Assembly (NCBI GenBank): GCA_946546815.1
Contig: CAMNOL010000001.1
Span: forward strand, 4,998 to 68,997
Direction of reading: 5' to 3'
Length of the DNA: 64,000 bases
Origin: an uncultured Oscillospiraceae bacterium
GTDB taxonomy: Bacteria > Bacillota > Clostridia > Oscillospirales > Oscillospiraceae
A model generated the notes under the pieces. The model made no database searches. It saw only the letters and a list, made by a program, of their open reading frames with translations, and was not told the DNA's origin. The first letter of the stretch is position 1, and every line of letters starts with the position of its first letter. Shown here piece by piece: positions 47,978 through 55,907 of this stretch. The translations under genes were made by a program, and so were the position numbers.

Positions 47978-48844
47978 ATGATATATCTCAACCGGGAACG
48001 ATTGAAATTCGCGGCAAAAAAACAGGTGCTGGACAGGACCTCCGGTGTCATGCTGGTCAGTCTGATCTACATTCTGCTGACGGACACCCTGTCCACGGCG
48101 GTGAATCTGGTGATGACCAATCCGATCACGCTGATCCAAAATCAGCTGATGAGCAGTATGAACAGTCTGATGAATCAGTACCAGGCCTCCGGCGGTGCGG
48201 GTGACCTGGATCTGACCCCTGCCTATTCCGCCATGTTCAGCTATGCCAGACAGCTGCTGTTTACTCCCAAGCAGGAGATCGTTCTGTTTCTGTTCCTGCT
48301 GCTGTACCTTTATACCATCGTCATGTCCTACGGCTACAGCGACTGGGCGATGCGCACTGTGCGGGGAGAGCGGCTGAGCTGGACCAGTCTGTTTGACCAC
48401 CTCTGGCTGGCGGGCAAGCTGATTGTGCTGGAGCTGCTGACCCTGGTCCTGACCAGCGTCGGACTGGTGTTCTTTGTGCTGCCCGGACTTTACTTTTACT
48501 ACAGCTTTCGCCTGGCCCGTTATGTGCTGCTGGACAGACCGGACCGGTCGATCATCCATGTGCTGCGCCTGAGTATGCGGCTGAGCCAGGGCTACAAGCG
48601 GCAGCTGTTCGCAATGGACCTCTCGTTTATCGGATGGGTGATTCTGAATGCATTTGCCTTGAATGCGGCGTATACCGCAGGTGCTGCGGTGAATGTCTTT
48701 GTGGCAACGCTGCTGGGAGAGCTGGCGTATCTGGCGGTAGCAGTTTTTGTGCTGCCCTACCGGGAGCTGACCGCTGTGAACTACTATGAAGCCATGCGCT
48801 CCAAAGATCTGAGCATGAGTAAGGAAGCCACCACACACAGCTGA
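47978..48844 (+). CDS. DUF975-like integral membrane protein
   Basis: RERLKFAAK start; PGLYFYYSFRLARYVL; S...GYKRQLF..DLSFIGW; PY......Y. Confidence 0.78.
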   Translation: MIYLNRERLKFAAKKQVLDRTSGVMLVSLIYILLTDTLSTAVNLVMTNPITLIQNQLMSSMNSLMNQYQASGGAGDLDLTPAYSAMFSYARQLLFTPKQEIVLFLFLLLYLYTIVMSYGYSDWAMRTVRGERLSWTSLFDHLWLAGKLIVLELLTLVLTSVGLVFFVLPGLYFYYSFRLARYVLLDRPDRSIIHVLRLSMRLSQGYKRQLFAMDLSFIGWVILNAFALNAAYTAGAAVNVFVATLLGELAYLAVAVFVLPYRELTAVNYYEAMRSKDLSMSKEATTHS

Positions 48845-48870
48845 TGGAAATGGGATCCTTTGAAAACAAT

Positions 48871-48901
48871 ATCCCACCTGTTCACACTGAACAGGTGGGA
48901 T
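48871..48901. terminator. Bidirectional terminator
   Basis: ATCCCACCTGTTCA/TGAACAGGTGGGAT perfect 14-bp stem. Confidence 0.85.
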
Positions 48902-48938
48902 TACTTATGGGTGTAGTTTCTTATAAACGGGGTTGGAA

Positions 48939-49859
48939 TCAGGATGCATCCGAATCGCCCTGGAGCTCTTCAAAGACCAGATTGGCAACCTGCTCAAGGG
49001 TTTCCCCGTCTACAGGGTCAAGGCAGCTCAGGTTGTAGTTAACTCCCGGAACCACATCCATCCAGGAGATATAACCGACTTCGTCGCAGGTGTAGATTTT
49101 CGCCTCTCTGCCGTTGACTTCGCCGGCTTCTTCCGAGGTCCATTTGTAGTGCAGACCGGACATATCATAGGTTTCCAGCTCGCCGGTCATCTGGGCACGG
49201 TACTCGTACTTGTGGCCATCGTACTCAAAGGACACTGCAGCGATGAGGTTTTCGTTGTCTTCGATAAAGATGACGGTGCGTTCTACGTTAGTGGCCTTTT
49301 CCGGGGCGTTAAGCACCATACCGACCGTATCCAGCTGCTCCTGCTCGGTTACCTTAACGACGGGGTTGCTCAGACCCGCCAGTTCCGGAATGTTCGGCAG
49401 AGGCGGAATGCCGCTGGCAGAAGCGTCAGCCGCGTCAGCGGTGTCGGTGGCCTGGGCACTCTCAGCGGAAGCCTCTCCCTCCGGGTAGATGAGCAGGGTG
49501 CCGGTGGTGTTTTTGCCGGAGGTGATCAGCACGTTGTAATCTCCCGGCTCCAGATCGTAGCTGTAGGTGTTCACGCCGGTGATGGTCTCATCCACCAGAG
49601 CGGTCTGGTCGTCTCCCTCTGCTCGCACCTTAATCTGAATGGAGGAATCCCCCTCCAGATTGGACTCGACGGCCAAAGTCTGACCTTCTGCCAGGGTGAA
49701 ATAGCCCACGCCGCCGCTGCCTTCTCCGGCCTTCTGCGCCGTTACCTTGACTTGTCCGTCTTCCGTGTTATCTATGGTCATTTCGCCCTTTTGTCCGCAG
49801 CCCACCAGCAGGGCAGCCAGAAGCAGCAAAACGCCCAGGGCTTTCAGTTTCTGTCTCAT
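48939..49859 (-). CDS. Uncharacterised acidic lipoprotein
   Basis: Lipobox LLVG-C; two domains joined by an Ala/Asp linker. Confidence 0.8.
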   Translation of the reverse strand: MRQKLKALGVLLLLAALLVGCGQKGEMTIDNTEDGQVKVTAQKAGEGSGGVGYFTLAEGQTLAVESNLEGDSSIQIKVRAEGDDQTALVDETITGVNTYSYDLEPGDYNVLITSGKNTTGTLLIYPEGEASAESAQATDTADAADASASGIPPLPNIPELAGLSNPVVKVTEQEQLDTVGMVLNAPEKATNVERTVIFIEDNENLIAAVSFEYDGHKYEYRAQMTGELETYDMSGLHYKWTSEEAGEVNGREAKIYTCDEVGYISWMDVVPGVNYNLSCLDPVDGETLEQVANLVFEELQGDSDAS

Positions 49860-49886
49860 ATTGGTTCCTCCTTTGCTTGTGTGAAC

Positions 49887-49971
49887 TGTACTCCTCTAAA
49901 TAGTACAGATTAATTATAACCCCTTTTGTCTGCCCTGTCAAGGGAATGGGATCATTTGTAATCAGTTGTAA
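49887..49971 (-). promoter_or_regulatory. Lipoprotein promoter: TTACAA direct repeat, TTGACA-17-TATAAT, TGTA-N13-TACA operator
   Basis: Repeat 49971-49954, -35 49941-49936, -10 49918-49913, operator 49907-49887. Confidence 0.8.
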
Positions 49972-50003
49972 TGATTGTCACAACTGCTTTCATTGTTAAA
50001 AGC

Positions 50004-50041
50004 AAAAAAACAGCCCGATTCCTGAGAAATCGAGCTGTTTT
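50004..50041 (-). terminator. Terminator after rpsR
   Basis: AAAACAGC(C/T)CGATT stem with an A run on the plus strand. Confidence 0.75.
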
Positions 50042-50056
50042 CAGAATCAATACAAA

Positions 50057-50293
50057 TCAATCTGCGACGTAGGGCAGCAGTGCGATCTGACGGGCGCGCT
50101 TGATGGCGACGGTCAGCTGACGCTGATGCATAGCGCAGGTGCCGGTGGTGCGGCGGGGCAGGATCTTGCCGCGCTCAGACACATAGCGGCGCAGCTTGCC
50201 GGTATCTTTGTAATCGATCTGCTGGATCTTGTCAACGCAGAAGTTGCAGACCTTTCTGCGCTTGCGACCACGATTATTTCTGTCGAAAGCCAT
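50057..50293 (-). CDS. rpsR: 30S ribosomal protein S18 (zinc-binding form)
   Basis: [32 protein letters not shown]. Confidence 0.98.
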   Translation of the reverse strand: MAFDRNNRGRKRRKVCNFCVDKIQQIDYKDTGKLRRYVSERGKILPRRTTGTCAMHQRQLTVAIKRARQIALLPYVAD

Positions 50294-50340
50294 GATAGAA
50301 ACCTCCTCATTTGAGAATAGAACCCATTACACAGGTTCGT

Positions 50341-50859
50341 TTAGAACGGCAGTTCGCCGTCATCGTCGTTTAATTCCGCAAATTCATTTGCGGGAGCCTG
50401 TCCCATGCCGGACGGGGCATAGGCAGAGGGTGCATTGTAGCTGGGCTGAGCAGGCTGCTGGGGAGCAGCATAGCCGCTGTTATAGCCGCCGCCGTTTGCA
50501 CCGTAGCTGTTCTGCTGGCCATAGCTGCCGCTTTCCCGTTTGGAAGAGGCGAAGTTGACGTTCTCTGCCACGACTTCGGTGAAGTAACGGCGCTGACCGT
50601 TGTTGTCGGTGAAGTCCCGGGTCTGAATGCGGCCGTCTACCAGAATCATGCTGCCCTTGGTGAAATAACGGCTGATGAACTCAGCGGTCTGCCGCCAGGC
50701 AACGATGGTGATAAAGTCAGCATTCTGGGCGTTGGGGTCTTTGCTCCGGTAATCCCGGTCGCAGGCGATCCGGAAGGTTGCCACCGCAACGCCGCTCTGA
50801 GTATGGCGCAGCTCAGGATCCGCCACCAGGCGGCCCTGCAAAATTGCTCTGTTCAGCAT
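50341..50859 (-). CDS. ssb: Single-stranded DNA-binding protein
   Basis: LNRAILQGRLVADPELR, C-terminal DDDGELPF. Confidence 0.97.
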   Translation of the reverse strand: MLNRAILQGRLVADPELRHTQSGVAVATFRIACDRDYRSKDPNAQNADFITIVAWRQTAEFISRYFTKGSMILVDGRIQTRDFTDNNGQRRYFTEVVAENVNFASSKRESGSYGQQNSYGANGGGYNSGYAAPQQPAQPSYNAPSAYAPSGMGQAPANEFAELNDDDGELPF

Positions 50860-50868
50860 AAAAGCTCC

Positions 50869-51165
50869 TTATTCAGCCTGCTCGACCACGATGGAGCGGA
50901 TGACGCCGTCGGTGATGTTGTAGTTACGGGTCAGCTCAGCGGGGAAGTCGGGAGCAGAAGTGAAGGTGATCAGGGTGTAGTAGCCCTCGGTCTTATGATC
51001 AATCGGATAAGCCAGATGACGCTTACCCCATTCAACCACTTCGCCCAGAGTACCGTTTGCCTCAATCAGAGCCTTGAACTTAGCCACCAGAGCCGCAATG
51101 CCGTCATCACCCAGAGTGGTGTCAACAATGAAGATGGTTTCGTATTTGCCAGTAACCTTTGCCAT
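50869..51165 (-). CDS. rpsF: 30S ribosomal protein S6
   Basis: YETIFI, WGKRHLAYPI, EGYY, VIRSIVV. Confidence 0.97.
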   Translation of the reverse strand: MAKVTGKYETIFIVDTTLGDDGIAALVAKFKALIEANGTLGEVVEWGKRHLAYPIDHKTEGYYTLITFTSAPDFPAELTRNYNITDGVIRSIVVEQAE

Positions 51166-51173
51166 GTGATTTG

Positions 51174-51232
51174 CACCTCCTTATGGACATTTGGCCTTCG
51201 CCTGTCGTCTTTTTTTGCGAAGGCAAGGATTC
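51174..51232 (-). ncRNA. S6:S18 ribosomal-protein leader
   Basis: Minus strand ATCCTT-GCCTTCGC...GCGAAGGC-CAAATGT-CCA-TAAGGAGG: stem, CCR motif and anti-SD pairing over the rpsF RBS. Confidence 0.7.
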
Positions 51233-51256
51233 GCTGTGATAGATCACAGCCCTTCC

Positions 51257-51285
51257 ATTCTAACCACATCCTTCCGCATTGTCAA
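51257..51285 (-). promoter_or_regulatory. Promoter of rpsF-ssb-rpsR
   Basis: TTGACA-17 bp-TAGAAT with TG. Confidence 0.85.
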
Positions 51286-51410
51286 GCACAAATCGTTGAA
51301 ATAATGAAAAAATACCGGGATTCCTGTTGGAGACAGGCCAGTTCCCGGCCTTTGATGGATCACAGCGGAGAAAACTTCCCAATGGGGGCAAAGGTTTCAA
51401 AAAAATATTG

Positions 51411-51449
51411 GAACAAATGTTTGCAATGGCGGCGGTTTTGTGATAAACT
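51411..51449 (+). promoter_or_regulatory. SOS (Cheo) box GAAC-AAAT-GTTT overlapping the lexA -35
   Basis: GAAC-N4-GTT(C/T) at 51411-51422; TTGCAA-17 bp-TAAACT. Confidence 0.78.
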
Positions 51450-51498
51450 GATGATGATCAAATCTATTCTTTCCCCCGTATCCAATGGAGGTTATCTT

Positions 51499-52110
51499 AT
51501 GAAACAGCTGACACAGAAACAGCAGGTCATTTATGACTACCTGCTGAAATTTACCGCGGAAAACGGCTATCCCCCATCCGTCCGGGAAATTGCCGCAGCG
51601 GTGGGCCTGAAAAGCCCCTCTACCGTTCATTTTCATCTGAAAGCCCTGGAGGAGGCCGGAGCCATCAACCGGGGAACCGGCAAGACCCGGGCTATCACCG
51701 CGGTCCACAGCGCGGTGCCCGAAGAAGAAGCGCCCCAGCTGAACCGGGTTCCCGTGCTGGGCAATGTGGCCGCCGGAGCGCCCATACTGGCAGAGGAGTG
51801 TGTGGATGATTACCTGACCTTTGACACCGAGGGTCAGTCCGGTGAGCACTTTGCCCTGCGCATTCGGGGAGAATCCATGCTCAACGCCGGAATCCTGCCC
51901 GGAGACTACGTGGTGGTGCACCGCCAGCCTGTGGCACGCAACGGCGAAATTATCATCGCGCTGCTGGGAGAAGAGGCCACCTGCAAGCGTCTAAACAAGC
52001 AGGGGGGGAAGGTTTGGCTGATGCCGGAAAACCCGGATTATGAGCCCATCGACGGCACGGACTGTCAAATTCTGGGCAAGGTGATCGCTGTCGTCCGGAA
52101 ATATCATTGA
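51499..52110 (+). CDS. lexA: SOS repressor LexA
   Basis: YPPSVREI, SPSTVH, VAAGAPI (Ala-Gly cleavage site), GESM, EATCK. Confidence 0.96.
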   Translation: MKQLTQKQQVIYDYLLKFTAENGYPPSVREIAAAVGLKSPSTVHFHLKALEEAGAINRGTGKTRAITAVHSAVPEEEAPQLNRVPVLGNVAAGAPILAEECVDDYLTFDTEGQSGEHFALRIRGESMLNAGILPGDYVVVHRQPVARNGEIIIALLGEEATCKRLNKQGGKVWLMPENPDYEPIDGTDCQILGKVIAVVRKYH

Positions 52111-52589
52111 CCCGGCGGGTGATCCGGACCGCGCTGGGGCAGTTTACCGCCGCTGCGGAGGACGGAGCGGTGACAGAGCTGTCCGTCGGCGTGCTGCCGG
52201 CAAAGGAGGCGGAGCTGCCGGAAGATGCTGCGGTGCTGGATCGACTGGAATTCCAGCTGGAAGAGTATGCCCGGGGGGAGCGAAAGGCCTTTGATCTGCC
52301 GGTGCGGCTGGAAGGCACCGACTTTCAGCGTCTGGTGTGGGCAGAGCTGCAGAAGATCCCCTACGGCGAAACCAGGAGCTATGGACAGATTGCTTCCGCC
52401 ATCGGCAGGCCGACGGCCGGACGGGCTGTGGGCAGAGCCTGCGGGAAAAACAGACTTTTATTGCTGGTGCCCTGCCATCGGGTGGTGGGCAGCACCGGCA
52501 GCCTGACCGGCTTCAGCGCGGAGGGCGGCGTAAAGACCAAGCTGAAACTGCTGGAGCTGGAAAACCATCACAGGAGAAAACCGGAATAA
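52107..52589 (+). CDS. ogt: Methylated-DNA--protein-cysteine methyltransferase
   Basis: GTDFQ..VW, IPYGETRSY, RAVG, PCHRV; TTGA overlap with lexA. Confidence 0.92.
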   Translation: MTRRVIRTALGQFTAAAEDGAVTELSVGVLPAKEAELPEDAAVLDRLEFQLEEYARGERKAFDLPVRLEGTDFQRLVWAELQKIPYGETRSYGQIASAIGRPTAGRAVGRACGKNRLLLLVPCHRVVGSTGSLTGFSAEGGVKTKLKLLELENHHRRKPE

Positions 52590-52595
52590 ATTGAA

Positions 52596-52943
52596 ATGAA
52601 TATTCAGATTTTTGGAAAAACCAAGTGTTTCGACACAAAAAAAGCCCAGCGCTATTTTAAGGAGCGCCGCGTGAAGTTCCAGAACGTGGACCTTCTCAAG
52701 TACGGCATGAGCAAAGGGGAGCTAACCAGTGTGATCCGTGCGGTGGGCATGGATGCGGTCATTGACTCCAAACATCCCATGGCGGCCGGGCTGAGCTACC
52801 TCGCCTATGACGAACAGAAGCTGGATCATCTGCTGGAGGATCCCCGGCTGCTGAAAACCCCCATTGTCCGCAACGGCAGACAGGCCACGGTGGGGTATCA
52901 GCCTGAAATCTGGAAGCAGTGGGAGGCAGCGGAAAAGAAATGA
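52596..52943 (+). CDS. ArsC/Spx-family thioredoxin-fold protein (single Cys)
   Basis: IQIFG.TKCFDTKKA.RYFKER, LLKTPIVRNG, VGY. Confidence 0.82.
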   Translation: MNIQIFGKTKCFDTKKAQRYFKERRVKFQNVDLLKYGMSKGELTSVIRAVGMDAVIDSKHPMAAGLSYLAYDEQKLDHLLEDPRLLKTPIVRNGRQATVGYQPEIWKQWEAAEKK

Positions 52944-53230
52944 CCCCTTCCCTGCTCCCCATCACAGCTGTTTACCTGATTTTGATGAATCTTGCCGGAT
53001 TTGCTGCCTTTGGTCTGGACAAGGGAAAGGCGCAAAAACACCGCTGGCGCATTCCGGAATCCACCCTGCTGGGGCTGAGCCTGGCCGGGGGATGGCTGGG
53101 GGCGCTGCTGGGCATGAAGGCGTTTCATCACAAGACCCGAAAGGCGAAGTTCCGCATCGGCGTGCCGATGGCCGCAGCCCTTTGGATGGGATTGCTGGTT
53201 CTGGCGATTCGGGCAGGGTTGCTTTTCTGA
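52940..53230 (+). CDS. DUF1294 family membrane protein
   Basis: FGLDKGKA...WRIPESTL...GG..GA..GM..FHHKTRK. Confidence 0.88.
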   Translation: MTPSLLPITAVYLILMNLAGFAAFGLDKGKAQKHRWRIPESTLLGLSLAGGWLGALLGMKAFHHKTRKAKFRIGVPMAAALWMGLLVLAIRAGLLF

Positions 53231-53338
53231 GAAAATCTGCCGGTTTCCCTTTCTTGTCCGGGGAAACTGTGCTATACTGACCACAGCTTTTGCGTAAAAA
53301 TCACTGCGGCATCCCGCCGCTGACAGGAGGATCTCATT

Positions 53339-53782
53339 ATGGCAATCGCACATCTCGTTACACAGAAGGTTCAGGAGGTTCACTTCACCAATAAGCTGAC
53401 CCAGCAGGGCCAGATTCAGCTGACCAGCAGCTTTACCTTCAACGTCAACTTTTCAAAGGACGGCAAGCGCTGCATTGCCCGCATTTATCAGAGCGTGAAG
53501 GACAAAGAGGAAAGCGAGCAGCTGTTTGCTTCCGTTGACATGGTGGGCGCCTTTGCCTGCGAGAATGTGGAAACGGATGAGGACAAAAAGCAGGTCCATG
53601 CACAGTGCTATGACCAGCTGTTCCCCTATCTGCAGTCCGTACTCCAGACCCTGATGCAGTCCTCCGGTATCCCCGGATTTACGCTGCGGAAGGCGGTCAT
53701 GAATCCCGAAAATGTCCGGGTTGGCACCGCTCCCAATCAGCAGGGACAGCAGCCGCCCAAAAAGCAGTTCCCCATCGTGTGA
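53339..53782 (+). CDS. SecB-like chaperone
   Basis: Beta-strand N-half, then A..YDQLFPYLQS.....SGIPG.TL, matching the SecB LFPY..GFPPL pattern. Confidence 0.62.
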   Translation: MAIAHLVTQKVQEVHFTNKLTQQGQIQLTSSFTFNVNFSKDGKRCIARIYQSVKDKEESEQLFASVDMVGAFACENVETDEDKKQVHAQCYDQLFPYLQSVLQTLMQSSGIPGFTLRKAVMNPENVRVGTAPNQQGQQPPKKQFPIV

Positions 53783-53794
53783 GAAACAGAAAAG

Positions 53795-53827
53795 AAGGTC
53801 CCGGCATCCAATGTCGGGACCTTTTAT
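53795..53827. terminator. Bidirectional terminator
   Basis: AAGGTCCCGGCA/TGTCGGGACCTT followed by TTATT. Confidence 0.75.
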
Positions 53828-53867
53828 TGCGTATGACAGGAAATTCAACCAAAGGCCGGCGAAGGGG

Positions 53868-54293
53868 TTACTGGTTCAGCATACCGTGCAGCTGACTGCG
53901 GATGCGCTCCACCTGCCGGATGGCGTCGTCCACCTGCCGCTTGGCGGTGCTGATGCGGGACTGTACCATCCAGTCAGCGATCAAACCGTCGAAGAAGTAG
54001 TCGGCAAAGGACAGGAAATCCCCGGTGTCCAGATTGACATCCATGGCGGCGTGGACATCCTGCAGTTCCCGGCTGAACCGGCGAACGGCCTGACGGGCCT
54101 GCTCCAGCTCCCGCTGGGCGCTGTCCATGTGGCTGTGCTTGAGCAGAGTGGACAGAAATCCTCCGCCAAACAGGTCAACCAGTCCCCAGTTGCCAGCTTT
54201 GTTCAGACTGTGTCTGGCCTGATTCAGATACATCAGCGCCTGGTCAGCGGCGTCAATGGCCTCACTGATTTCTCTGTGTTGAAAAGCATCCAT
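53868..54293 (-). CDS. Hypothetical helical protein
   Basis: RBS GAGGA, extended -10 TGGTAGAAT near 54340; WGLVDLFGGG...KH motif; coiled-coil pattern. Confidence 0.75.
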   Translation of the reverse strand: MDAFQHREISEAIDAADQALMYLNQARHSLNKAGNWGLVDLFGGGFLSTLLKHSHMDSAQRELEQARQAVRRFSRELQDVHAAMDVNLDTGDFLSFADYFFDGLIADWMVQSRISTAKRQVDDAIRQVERIRSQLHGMLNQ

Positions 54294-54412
54294 GACAGAT
54301 TCCTCCTGTGAATGAGAATGGTGTTTTCTGATGATCCGGATTCTACCACAGGGTTCTTTGAAGATCCTTGAAAAAGGATTAAAATCACCTGAAAACAACT
54401 TTGACACAGCCG

Positions 54413-54497
54413 TTACAACTGATTACAAATCCGGTTTTTCTATTGACAGGGAAGGGGGCATTGGTTATAATGATGCCGTACTAATCAAAAGCGTACA
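54413..54497 (+). promoter_or_regulatory. ytrA-operon promoter: TTACAA direct repeat, TTGACA-17-TATAAT, CGTA-N13-TACA operator
   Basis: Repeat 54413-54430, -35 54443-54448, -10 54466-54471, operator 54477-54497. Confidence 0.82.
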
Positions 54498-54616
54498 ATT
54501 CATACAGAGGGAGAGGGAACTGTATGCTTGCCAGGCCAGCTGTCGGCGGTGCGTTGGTGCCGGCTCTCCTGAGTGATGGCAACTCACTGTATCTGCGGAA
54601 TAAAAGGGGTGATTTT

Positions 54617-55003
54617 TTGATTATCACACTGAATTACAAGAGCAAGACGCCGCTGTGTGACCAGCTTTGCGAGTCTATCATACGGCTGGCGGCCTGCGGG
54701 GCCCTGCCGCCCGGGGAATCGCTGCCCTCGGTGCGATCACTGGCCCAGGAGTTGGGCATCAATCCCAACACCGTGCAGAAATCTTATCGCATGCTGGAAC
54801 AGCAGGGCGTGATTGAGAGCGTCCCCGGCAAAGGATCCTTTATCGCCCAGGGCAAGGCCGCTCAGCAGCGGCTGAGAAACACCGGTGTGGCAGCGCTGGA
54901 AGAAGGGATCCAGACTGCGCTGGATCGGGGGATTTCCCCGGAAGAGATCCCACAGATCTGCGCGGAGTATCTCAAGAAGAAAGAAGGGACGACTCATGAT
55001 TGA
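54617..55003 (+). CDS. GntR-family (YtrA subfamily) repressor
   Basis: SKTPL..Q, LPSVRSLA, INPNTVQKSY, PGKGSF. TTG 54617 after AGGGGTG; alternative ATG at 54524. Confidence 0.92.
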   Translation: MIITLNYKSKTPLCDQLCESIIRLAACGALPPGESLPSVRSLAQELGINPNTVQKSYRMLEQQGVIESVPGKGSFIAQGKAAQQRLRNTGVAALEEGIQTALDRGISPEEIPQICAEYLKKKEGTTHD

Positions 55004-55907
55004 GATTTCATCCTATACGAAGAAATTTGGCAAGCTGGTAGCGCTGAATCAGATTTCCTTTACCATTGCAGAGGGAAGCATTTTCGGACTGGTGGGCAGC
55101 AACGGCGCGGGCAAATCGACCCTGCTGAGGAGCCTGTGCGGAGTTTATGCGCCGGACGGAGGTTCCATCCAGATTGACGGAGAAAAGCCCTTCGAAAATC
55201 CAAAGGTCAAGTCCAAAGTGGTGTTCGTGCCGGACTTTCCCTACTATATGCCCCAGTCTTCCCTGAGATCCATGGCAAAATTCTACCAGAAAATGTATCC
55301 CACCTGGAGCAATACGGAATATCTGCGCCTGTGCTCCCTGTTTGGGCTGAATCAGAAAACAAAAATTCACAATATGTCCAAGGGTATGCAGCGGCAGGCC
55401 GCCCTGATCTGTGCGCTGGCCACCATGCCGGAGTATCTGCTGCTGGACGAGGTCTTTGACGGACTGGACCCGGTGATGCGACAGCTGCTCAAGCGGATTA
55501 TCTCTGACCAGGTGGTGGATCGGAAAATGACAGTGGTCATTGCTTCCCACAACCTCCGGGAGCTGGAGGATTTCTGCGACCATGTGGGTCTGATCCATGA
55601 AGGCGGCGTCATCTTCGAGCAGGAGCTTGACGCGCTGAAGCTGGGCATTCACAAGGCCCAGGCTGTGTTCCAGCCGCCGCTGGAGCAGCAGCAGATTGAA
55701 TGGCTCAAAGAGCAATTGGACATCATCAAGCTGGAGACCCGGGGTTCTATGGTCAGCCTTGTGGCCCGAAAGGACCAGGAGACGGTAGAGAATACCCTCT
55801 CCCAGCTGGAGCCGGTGTTCTCCGAGACCCTTCCCCTGTCTCTGGAGGAAGTATTTATCAGTGAAATGGAGGCGGCAGGCTATGACCTCAACAAGATCCT
55901 CTCGTGA
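54996..55907 (+). CDS. ABC transporter ATP-binding protein (YtrB-like)
   Basis: GSNGAGKST, MSKGMQ, LLLDEVFDGLD, SH. Confidence 0.93.
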   Translation: MIEISSYTKKFGKLVALNQISFTIAEGSIFGLVGSNGAGKSTLLRSLCGVYAPDGGSIQIDGEKPFENPKVKSKVVFVPDFPYYMPQSSLRSMAKFYQKMYPTWSNTEYLRLCSLFGLNQKTKIHNMSKGMQRQAALICALATMPEYLLLDEVFDGLDPVMRQLLKRIISDQVVDRKMTVVIASHNLRELEDFCDHVGLIHEGGVIFEQELDALKLGIHKAQAVFQPPLEQQQIEWLKEQLDIIKLETRGSMVSLVARKDQETVENTLSQLEPVFSETLPLSLEEVFISEMEAAGYDLNKILS

